A stretch of DNA of 64,000 nt from assembly GCA_965227495.1 (NCBI GenBank), contig OZ245766.1, forward strand, positions 5,580,536 to 5,644,535. The letters are read 5' to 3'. A program made the translations under genes and the position numbers. This DNA comes from Chryseolinea sp. GTDB taxonomy: Bacteria > Bacteroidota > Bacteroidia > Cytophagales > Cyclobacteriaceae. Positions within the stretch are counted from its first letter, which is position 1. Every line of letters starts with the position of its first letter. This document shows positions 1 through 7,893 of the stretch, piece by piece. Under the pieces are notes generated by a model that made no database searches, was not told the origin of the DNA, and saw nothing but the letters and a program-made list of their open reading frames with translations.

Positions 1-1024
1 CTACAATCAACGCATTTTGATTGTAGATTTTGTAGTTGTCGTTGTACGGCATTTCCGATCCCATCACCCAACTGCAGTTCAAACAATTTCCAGTGGTGTA
101 CTCAGCATTTGTTGTGAATAGTTCATTGTAATAAAGTCGAAAGACAGAACCTCTTGAACCAATATTCAACAGCCCAATGGGAGTACTCATTCTTACATTT
201 TCCTTCGATCCATATTTTTTGAAAAAATTAATCAAACCAATTTGAACACCGCGTGGTTTACCCCCAAAGTTGATTAATCCAATTTGCACACCATCCATCT
301 CTTTGCTCATATTCAAAAGTCCGAGCTGCAGACTTCTTGCCCTTGTCGGTGGTGTTGATTTTCTCCCATCCATTGAACCGTTCTTATTAATAAGCGCAAG
401 CTGTAAACCCGCGAACCGACCATGCGTGTAATTGAAAAGTGTAGTGACTTGAAATCCTCCCATTGATTCATGGGCTATGTTAAACAAACCTGCGAGCTGC
501 AAACCTTGTCCTTGCTCACCTACTACGTTACCTATCCCTGCGAATTGTGTTCCCTTAAAATCATAGCCAATAAGATTAAATCCTCCAGCGAATTGAATAC
601 CTGTCGCATTGTCACGAACATAGTTTAGTAAACCTGCAAATTGAATACCCTTACTATCTGATTTGAATCCTTCTTTGATGATCAGCTCTCTTTCCTCTGA
701 CTGCGAAAGGTTAACAAAAGCATTCGTGCCAATAATGTTCGCAATGCCAGCGATTTGTATACCCGTTGAGTTCTTAATGTTAACATTTGAGATAAGACCA
801 ATCTCCAATATGCGATTGCCTGCTGATATGCCGCCAAAGAGATTCAATGAAAAACGATTTCGAAAGGAGGCACTGTAAATTCCGTTGGTACCTATTCCGG
901 GTAATAGTGAAAATTGAAACAACCGATCGTATTCCCGAATTTTCTTACTTACCTGGCTATATCCCGTTAACGGGATCAATAGGAATAGAATCCAAAGACG
1001 CAGATGTTTAGGTATGAGGTTCAT
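1..1024 (-). CDS. Partial CDS (first 341 codons; runs off the window start). Secreted/surface repeat protein built from about 10 degenerate G-x-Q-(I/F/L)-(A/G)-(G/L)-x-N units.
   Basis: Absent from the ORF track because it has no in-window stop. My hand translation of the reverse strand from ATG at 1024 stays open to base 1. It starts MNLIPKHLRLWILFLLIPLTGYSQ (signal-like), then GIQIAGIANIIG, GIQFAGLLNYVR, GIQFAGGFNLIG, GTQFAGIGNVVG, GLQLAGLFNIAH, GFQVTTLFNYTH, GLQLALINKNG, LQLGLLNMSK, GVQIGLINFGG, GVQIGLINFFK. It resembles LA_2272-type surface repeat proteins (from memory, unverified). Confidence 0.7.
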   Translation of the reverse strand, partial: MNLIPKHLRLWILFLLIPLTGYSQVSKKIREYDRLFQFSLLPGIGTNGIYSASFRNRFSLNLFGGISAGNRILEIGLISNVNIKNSTGIQIAGIANIIGTNAFVNLSQSEERELIIKEGFKSDSKGIQFAGLLNYVRDNATGIQFAGGFNLIGYDFKGTQFAGIGNVVGEQGQGLQLAGLFNIAHESMGGFQVTTLFNYTHGRFAGLQLALINKNGSMDGRKSTPPTRARSLQLGLLNMSKEMDGVQIGLINFGGKPRGVQIGLINFFKKYGSKENVRMSTPIGLLNIGSRGSVFRLYYNELFTTNAEYTTGNCLNCSWVMGSEMPYNDNYKIYNQNALIV

Positions 1025-1220
1025 TTTGAATAATGATGTAGGTAATCGACTATCCTCCCCTCTACCGTTGCCTGATTAATACGCCCAATAGATCAATATA
1101 TTGTAAGACACAATCGATTTAAATGAAACAAGATTATGCTGGGATGTCCTCCTTACGAAAATAGTTTACGAAGAGAATTTCTCCCCGAACTTTCAAAGCA
1201 TAATGACGGTTTACCTACTT

Positions 1221-1228
1221 TAGCTTTG
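1221..1228 (+). promoter_or_regulatory. Candidate Bacteroidota -7 promoter box (TAgcTTTG)
   Basis: Exact TAnnTTTG match 44 nt upstream of ATG 1272. No convincing -33 TTTG seen. Confidence 0.3.
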
Positions 1229-1271
1229 ATTTAGTTACCGAACCAAATCAAGTGTCAACTACACTACTACG

Positions 1272-2171
1272 ATGAATAAACATTACGCTGCTGCCATTTC
1301 TGCTTTTGCAATCTGGGGGTTCTTCTCCATCCCGTTGCGAGCTTTAAAAGAATTTTCCGCTGGAGAAATTCTCTATTTCAGAATTCTGTTTTCGGCTCTT
1401 ATTTTATTGATCATTGTTTTTGGTTTCAAAAGAAAAGACATCAAAAAGGATTGGACATTTTTTAACGGATTAGAAAAAACAAAACGAAGAGAAGTAATTG
1501 TACTCACTCTTGCTGGCGGTGCACTACTCACCGTGAACTGGCTTACCTTCATTTACATTGTTAATAATGTTAATATCAAAACAGCTTCCTTCTCATATTT
1601 AATTTGTCCAGTCATCACCGCTGTGTTAGGCTATGTATTGATCAAAGAGCGATTGACTAAACTTCAATGGACTGCCGTAGCACTTTGTGCCGTGAGTTGT
1701 ATTTTAATGGGTATTAACTCAACGCTTGAATTGGGTTATAGTTTTTTAACTGCGTTTACCTATGCTTTGTATCTCATCACACAAAGGAGAAATCAAGGGT
1801 TCGATCGTATGGTGATGCTGGGTATTCAGGTTCTTTTTTCATTTCTGATTTTGAATTTCTTCTACGGTCAACTTATTCATTCCGTACCGGTGGCCACTGA
1901 GTTCTATGCCATCATCATAAGCATTGCTGTATTCTTTACCGTGTTTCCTCTATTCCTTAATCTCTTTGCTCTTAATAAAATCAATTCAGCAACCATTGGA
2001 ATTTTAATGTATATCAATCCGCTGCTTAATTTCTCAATTGCATTTGTGGTTTTTAAAGAGACCATTAGTTCGATTCAAATCGTTGGCTACTTTATTATCA
2101 TTGCTGCTTTAGTTCTTTTCAACATTCCGAATTTTGGGAAAATTAAAGCTGCGGTTTCATATCAAAAGTAG
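1272..2171 (+). CDS. rarD: EamA/DMT-family transporter, RarD-like
   Basis: 299 aa with about 10 hydrophobic segments. The N-terminus AAISAFAIWGFFSIPLRALKEFSAGEILYFRILFS fits the RarD/EamA pattern (WG..P....L...E.L..R). Confidence 0.6.
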   Translation: MNKHYAAAISAFAIWGFFSIPLRALKEFSAGEILYFRILFSALILLIIVFGFKRKDIKKDWTFFNGLEKTKRREVIVLTLAGGALLTVNWLTFIYIVNNVNIKTASFSYLICPVITAVLGYVLIKERLTKLQWTAVALCAVSCILMGINSTLELGYSFLTAFTYALYLITQRRNQGFDRMVMLGIQVLFSFLILNFFYGQLIHSVPVATEFYAIIISIAVFFTVFPLFLNLFALNKINSATIGILMYINPLLNFSIAFVVFKETISSIQIVGYFIIIAALVLFNIPNFGKIKAAVSYQK

Positions 2172-2240
2172 AGCGGTGGTTACTCTTTAATGATTCTATT
2201 ATTATATGTACCTTAACTGAATAGTTTTAAATCAAAGGTT

Positions 2241-2603
2241 ATGGAAACATTCGTTCGAATTCTTAGTGGTGTTCTTATTCTATTCTCTCTTTACATGGGC
2301 ATCAAACACGGCATGGCCATGGCTCTTGCAAAACCGGAAATGATTGAGATGTTTGGCAAATGGAATATTAATAAAACCGGCATTCAAATTCTTGGTGTAA
2401 TTGGATTAATTGCCACTGCGTTCTTGTTGTTTCCACAAACTTTTGTCTGGGGAAACCTCATTACCGCTGCTATGATTTTATTCATCATGGTTCAGTTTCT
2501 AAAAGCAAAAGATCTGAAAGGTGTTCTGATTGAATTACCTTTCTTTCTGTTACCCTTGTTGCTTATCTACTTACAACACCCGTTGGCGAAATCAACAAAT
2601 TAA
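2241..2603 (+). CDS. Small 4-TM membrane protein (DoxX-like topology), function unknown
   Basis: 120 aa with four hydrophobic helices. ATG start. No catalytic motif. Confidence 0.55.
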   Translation: METFVRILSGVLILFSLYMGIKHGMAMALAKPEMIEMFGKWNINKTGIQILGVIGLIATAFLLFPQTFVWGNLITAAMILFIMVQFLKAKDLKGVLIELPFFLLPLLLIYLQHPLAKSTN

Positions 2604-2606
2604 TTT

Positions 2607-5252
2607 TTACTGAATCTTTATTACATCCACAGGATTCATGCGTCCTGCTTTCCATGAAGAATACCCTGCAGATGCAATCACAAGTAAAAGTGAAATTGCC
2701 GTTACCAACAGAAATACGAAACTGCCAAGTTCCGTTCGATAGGCAAACTTATCCAACCATTCCTTCATCAGCCAATATGCAATCGGCAACGAAACTACAT
2801 TTGCCAGACACGCAATCTTAACAAAGTGACTTACGTGCAAGAGTGATATCTGACGAGCTGTGGCGCCCAATACTTTCCGAATACCAAATTCTTTCATTCT
2901 CCTTGCTGACATGTAAATGGAAAGCGAGAAAATTCCTAGGGATGAAATCAGTACAATAATCCATGTGCTCATTTGAAGTGCTGTGAATGCCTTTTTCTCT
3001 CCTTGATACTGGTTGTTATACAAATCTTCAATCACACTATAATCAAGAATAAAATCGGGTAGTATTTCTTCATACTTCTTTTTGATGGAAGCTACTGTTT
3101 GCTCTAACGGTCCATTAATTTTTATGTGAATACACTGACCAGGCCAATCGGACCACGGTAAGCGCATAACCAAAGGCTCAATCTTCTTATGAAGTGAATA
3201 AACATTAAAATCTTTCACTACTCCCACAACTGTACCTTCCCATTTCTCTCCTTCGGTCTCATCATAGCCATAATTTATTCTTTTACCAATAGCATCATCC
3301 CAACCAAACTCACGCACCGCAGTCTCATTTATAATAAAAGCTGCATGTGAATCTGTAGCATTATTTGGATCGAATGATCGTCCTGCTACCATTGGTATAC
3401 CAGTGGCCTTGAAAAAATCATGATCAAAAAAAACTTCATTAAGCATCATCCGTTTCATTTCACCACCTATCTCAACTCGATACCAATCCCGATAGTATCC
3501 GGCACCAGCAATACGAAAAGTAGAATACGAAACAGCTTCGATACCCGGTAGCTTTTTAAACTCCTCTTTAATCACAGGAATTTTCTCTGATGGAAAACGA
3601 TCGGGTGTATACACAACAATCATATTGTGCCGGTCGTAGCCCGGGTTTTTTGCTTGAATGAATTTAATTTGCTGGCCTACTATGATCGTAGCACTGATAC
3701 AAATAATGGAAATTGTAAACTGAGCTAATAAAAGTATTTTACTGACAGAAGCATTTTTCCCTAAACCACTTCCCGATTTCAAATCATTGATTGGGTTATT
3801 GACAGCAAGTTGATACGCTGGATATGCTGTAGAGAAAATAATGAGCAACGACATCGTCAAGCCGATCAAAGCCATGACACGAGTATCAAACAACATAGCC
3901 AAGCTAAGATGGTCATCAAGTAATTGTAATACCTGTGGAAATAAAAAGTATAGTAATGCTATGCTTAAAATAAGTCCTGAAAAACAAATAAGACAAGCCT
4001 CTACGATAACCTGAAAAGCAATTTGCTTCTTCCTGGCTCCTAACACTTTTCGTACTCCAATTTCTTTATTCCGATTATGAAAGTCAGCAATGGAAAGGTT
4101 GATGTAATTTATACTCGCAATGACCAGTAGAAATAGTGCGAGAGACGAAAAGACATACACATAAACAACATTTCCCTTGGCACAAAATTCAGTATAAATA
4201 CTTGGTGTCAGATAGATGTCTTTGATTGCTGTTAGTGAAATTGCGTATTCTTTTTCAAGACCATCTTCGCTTTTAGTAAGGTGTTTTCGTATAAAGGGCA
4301 CTGACTTGGCAACAAACTCATTTGCCTTAGTCTCATCATTGAATCGCAGATATAAACTTGATGATCCATCAACGCCTATTCTCCATCCATCCATTGGTAT
4401 GTCCTGGTCATCGCCTAAAGCTCCAATGGGTAGCAACGCTTTTATTTCTAAATGTGAATTGCTTGGTACATCTTCTATGATGCCCGACACTTCAAAGATT
4501 TTGTTGGATCGGTCCACAAACGACAATGATTTATTCATAGGATCCTCATCACCAAAAATCACCTTCGCCATTGACTCTGTTAAAACAATAGAGTTTGGTT
4601 GATTCAGTGAATGCTTATCTCCTTTCAAAAATTTAAACGTTAACAATTCAAAGACTGAAGTGTCCGCTTCTGTAATTCCTTCCGACCTAAAAAGCTTATT
4701 GTTGTACTTGATTTGATATTTACTAGGGAATCCCACCCTTGCGAATGATTTAACTTCAGGAAACTCTTCCTTCAATCCCGGTCCAACTCCGGTTGGAGCA
4801 ATTGCATACTTCGCCATGTCTCCATTTTCTCTCCACTCTGAGTTCACCCGATAAACATTTTCATAGTCTTCATGATAGCGATCAAATGACAGCTGAAAAG
4901 AAACATAAATAGCAATGACAAGAAAACTGAACAATGCCAATGTAAGACCACCCAGTTTGAATGCAAAGTTGATTTTGTTTTTCAGCAGGTGGCGATATGT
5001 TGTTTTAAGGTAGTTCTGAAACATGGGCATTTGATTTAACTCAACTGAAAATTTATTTCTTAATATAATCCCCGGCCTAAAAAACCGAACAGCATTCCAA
5101 ATCAATCTTCTCTTTGCAGTCTTCTCTCCAAATGCCTTTGCATCTCTATTAAATTTTTGAATAAGATCGCCTTCAATTTCTTCGTAGAGATGATCGGGAC
5201 AGAACCATCGAAGAAAACGAAAGCACCAATCAATAGCTTTATTTTTACTCAT
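2607..5252 (-). CDS. Duplicated FtsX/MacB-type ABC permease with N-terminal permease-prefix module (paralog 1 of 4); no ATPase domain
   Basis: 881 aa. Conserved N-terminus FLRWFCPDHLYEEIEGDLIQKFNRDAKAFGEKTAKRRLIWNAVRFFRPGIILRN. Two FtsX signatures (EIGVRKVLGARKKQ and EFGIRKVLGATARQ), each preceded by a large non-hydrophobic (periplasmic) domain. No Walker A. Confidence 0.85.
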   Translation of the reverse strand: MSKNKAIDWCFRFLRWFCPDHLYEEIEGDLIQKFNRDAKAFGEKTAKRRLIWNAVRFFRPGIILRNKFSVELNQMPMFQNYLKTTYRHLLKNKINFAFKLGGLTLALFSFLVIAIYVSFQLSFDRYHEDYENVYRVNSEWRENGDMAKYAIAPTGVGPGLKEEFPEVKSFARVGFPSKYQIKYNNKLFRSEGITEADTSVFELLTFKFLKGDKHSLNQPNSIVLTESMAKVIFGDEDPMNKSLSFVDRSNKIFEVSGIIEDVPSNSHLEIKALLPIGALGDDQDIPMDGWRIGVDGSSSLYLRFNDETKANEFVAKSVPFIRKHLTKSEDGLEKEYAISLTAIKDIYLTPSIYTEFCAKGNVVYVYVFSSLALFLLVIASINYINLSIADFHNRNKEIGVRKVLGARKKQIAFQVIVEACLICFSGLILSIALLYFLFPQVLQLLDDHLSLAMLFDTRVMALIGLTMSLLIIFSTAYPAYQLAVNNPINDLKSGSGLGKNASVSKILLLAQFTISIICISATIIVGQQIKFIQAKNPGYDRHNMIVVYTPDRFPSEKIPVIKEEFKKLPGIEAVSYSTFRIAGAGYYRDWYRVEIGGEMKRMMLNEVFFDHDFFKATGIPMVAGRSFDPNNATDSHAAFIINETAVREFGWDDAIGKRINYGYDETEGEKWEGTVVGVVKDFNVYSLHKKIEPLVMRLPWSDWPGQCIHIKINGPLEQTVASIKKKYEEILPDFILDYSVIEDLYNNQYQGEKKAFTALQMSTWIIVLISSLGIFSLSIYMSARRMKEFGIRKVLGATARQISLLHVSHFVKIACLANVVSLPIAYWLMKEWLDKFAYRTELGSFVFLLVTAISLLLVIASAGYSSWKAGRMNPVDVIKIQ

Positions 5253-7893
5253 GCTTTAAACTATCAGTCGGGTTTTTGATTACCACTTTTAGGGTTTGCG
5301 TTCCAACGGTCAACAAGGCTATTATCAAAATCAAAATAACCGGAAGAATGAAAAACCACACGCTTACCTCTATATGAAAAGCAAACTCCTTCAGCCATTG
5401 ATTAATACCCCAATAAGAAAGTGGAAGCGCTACTACTGAGGCAATGAGAATAAGGAGGATATATTCATTCGTAAGAATTCTGATCAAATGAATAGAAGAG
5501 GCTCCCAATACTTTGCGAATGCTGATCTCTTTCGTTCGTTGATGGATTGAAAATAATGATAGTGCGAAAATACCTAAGCAGGAAATAGTCAGCGCTAACA
5601 GACAAAAAAGATTAAACAACCTGGTTAATCGCTCATCGGCTTCATATTGTTTATTGAAATTATCTTCAAGAAAAAAATAATCGAAGGCATTGTCAGGAAA
5701 ATAAGTGTCCCATGATTGTTGGATCTGATTGATTGTTACCGAAATTTTTTCATCCGCCCCCGCTGTCAGCTTCAGTGTCATGGATGGACCCATATTAGCA
5801 GTGTAAAGCATTGGTTGAATAGCCTTCTTGAGAGACTCCTGGTGAAATTCCTCCAACACACCTACGATTAAACATTTACTTTCTCCCCAGTAAACTGTTC
5901 CGCCAATGGCATCATCAGGTTTTGCATAGGTGAGTAATTCTGAAGCCCTGCGATTTATGATAACGGGTTCCGTTTTGTCACCAAAACTTCCAATCGGAAA
6001 ATCTTTTTCGTGAAAGTTTCTTCCTGCTAACAACTTGATCTGATAGGATTGGATAAAATCAGGATCAATCACATTAATTCCAAATTCTAAAGAAGGACCA
6101 TCCATTGTTCTATTTATGGATCCTTTCCAACCAGTACCCATCATATTCCCAGGCACATCCGTAGAAGTCGTGATCGAATGTATAATCGCCAATGATTGCA
6201 GCTGATTTTTAAATCCTGCAAGCTTCATAAGATAAGTGGAGTCAACATTAGAAGGCGCCTTTAGAACAATCGACTTTTTAATATCAATACCAAGAAATTG
6301 TTCCTTCATGAATTGAAATTGCTGTTGAAAGACAAAAACGGTAATAGCCAGTGCAATGGCACAGCTAAATTGAAAAACCACAGCTGTCTTTCGGAAAGAA
6401 AAACCGGAAGTATTCATCCTCCATTTTCCTTTCAATACTTTTATCGGTGCGAACACAGAAATAAATTGTGCAGGGAAAAGACCCGATAATACCACACCTC
6501 CAAAAAATAATAATAAGAGAATGATGGTTTCATCATTTAGGTTAAGTGCAAATAAAGAATGATAGACTCCAGGCACACCGATCCACTCATAGAAATTATT
6601 TGAAAGGAAATAGACTAGCAAAATGGCTAGGATTACACTAATAGTATTTAACACAAAAGTTTCCGTTAGAAACTGAAAGATGATTTGGCCCCGAGTTGCG
6701 CCACTGACTTTCCGGATTCCTACTTCTCTCGCCCTTGTCAGAGAACGGGATGAAGTGAGATTGACGTAATTAAACCAGGCAATAATGAGAACAATACCTG
6801 CTACCAACATCAAAAAATAGACAGACATTGCACTGCCGGATGGCTTTGGCTGATCTTGCAAATCGCTATGTAAGTGAATGTCGGCAATGGGTTCAAGTAG
6901 AAATTTTGTTTCTGTCTTGTTTACAATCGGAATCATCCTGGCTGCAAGTTCATTAATTTTTTGTGTTAATGTTTCAGCATTTGTTCCTGATAAAAGTTGA
7001 ACATAGGTATTCGTGTCGAATGGATCTGTTGCTAATGAACTGATCGAAGCAATAATGTTAACGTCTAAATGAGAATTGAGTAGAAAATCCTGCATTATAC
7101 CTGTAACGGTATAGTCGTGGGTTTGAAAGCTACCACGCAACCTTAACGTTTTTCCAATGGCATCTTTACCTCCAAAATATTTTTCTTTTGCTGAAGCTGA
7201 AAGTACGATGGAATATGGTTTTTGAAGCGACTCCTTGTTACCCTCCAGCAAAGAAATATCGAACATGGAGATGAAGGACGGATCAACAAAATAAAAACCT
7301 TTATTTTCATTGAAGATCGTTATTGTCTCACCTTCTTCATAGGCTAATGTGCAATTAAACCAGCTGCTCGTTGAAATCAGTCTTGTGGCCTCCAGAACTT
7401 CTGGAAACTTTTCCTTTATTGTTGGCGCTGTGGGGGCTGGAGTGATGGTCGTTCTATATTGTTCCAGGCCATTCTCATAAGAGATAGTGCCAACGCGATA
7501 AATATTCTTTTGAAATTGCTTGTCATAATTCATTTCAAAAAAAGCGTATTTAAAAATAAGCAGGCATGCTGCCATGCCAATAGATAAGCCGAAAATATTG
7601 ATGGCCGAAAAAGACCAGTTTTTTCTAATCTGACGGAAGGCAAGAATCAAATTTTTTCTCAGCATGATCGCATCATTAAATTTTGGATAAAAATTATTTC
7701 TCAACACAATTCCCGGCCTAAAAAAACGAACGGCATTCCAAATTAATCTCCTCTTTGCTTTCTTCTCTCCAAATGCTTTTACATCTCTATTAAATTTCTG
7801 AATGAGATCACCTTCAATTTCTTCATATAAATGATCCGGGCAGAACCATTGAAGAAACCGAAACACATAAGCCATTAATTTTTCACTACTCAT
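5245..7893 (-). CDS. Duplicated FtsX/MacB-type ABC permease with N-terminal permease-prefix module (paralog 2 of 4)
   Basis: 882 aa. N-terminus FLQWFCPDHLYEEIEGDLIQKFNRDVKAFGEKKAKRRLIWNAVRFFRPGIVLRN. FtsX signatures EVGIRKVSGATRGQ and EISIRKVLGASSIH. 8-nt overlap with the downstream paralog. Confidence 0.85.
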   Translation of the reverse strand: MSSEKLMAYVFRFLQWFCPDHLYEEIEGDLIQKFNRDVKAFGEKKAKRRLIWNAVRFFRPGIVLRNNFYPKFNDAIMLRKNLILAFRQIRKNWSFSAINIFGLSIGMAACLLIFKYAFFEMNYDKQFQKNIYRVGTISYENGLEQYRTTITPAPTAPTIKEKFPEVLEATRLISTSSWFNCTLAYEEGETITIFNENKGFYFVDPSFISMFDISLLEGNKESLQKPYSIVLSASAKEKYFGGKDAIGKTLRLRGSFQTHDYTVTGIMQDFLLNSHLDVNIIASISSLATDPFDTNTYVQLLSGTNAETLTQKINELAARMIPIVNKTETKFLLEPIADIHLHSDLQDQPKPSGSAMSVYFLMLVAGIVLIIAWFNYVNLTSSRSLTRAREVGIRKVSGATRGQIIFQFLTETFVLNTISVILAILLVYFLSNNFYEWIGVPGVYHSLFALNLNDETIILLLLFFGGVVLSGLFPAQFISVFAPIKVLKGKWRMNTSGFSFRKTAVVFQFSCAIALAITVFVFQQQFQFMKEQFLGIDIKKSIVLKAPSNVDSTYLMKLAGFKNQLQSLAIIHSITTSTDVPGNMMGTGWKGSINRTMDGPSLEFGINVIDPDFIQSYQIKLLAGRNFHEKDFPIGSFGDKTEPVIINRRASELLTYAKPDDAIGGTVYWGESKCLIVGVLEEFHQESLKKAIQPMLYTANMGPSMTLKLTAGADEKISVTINQIQQSWDTYFPDNAFDYFFLEDNFNKQYEADERLTRLFNLFCLLALTISCLGIFALSLFSIHQRTKEISIRKVLGASSIHLIRILTNEYILLILIASVVALPLSYWGINQWLKEFAFHIEVSVWFFILPVILILIIALLTVGTQTLKVVIKNPTDSLKHE

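Noticed and set aside
663-878. 71-aa plus-strand ORF from the track
   Set aside because: It lies entirely antisense within the longer open minus-strand repeat-protein frame (1-1024). Its composition is not protein-like and it has no upstream signals.
4216-4602. 128-aa plus-strand ORF inside permease paralog 1, plus similar antisense ORFs at 6298-6489, 8486-8764, 12376-12705 and 13091-13468
   Set aside because: All are fully embedded antisense to long, motif-supported permease or protease genes. None has a recognisable domain or start context.
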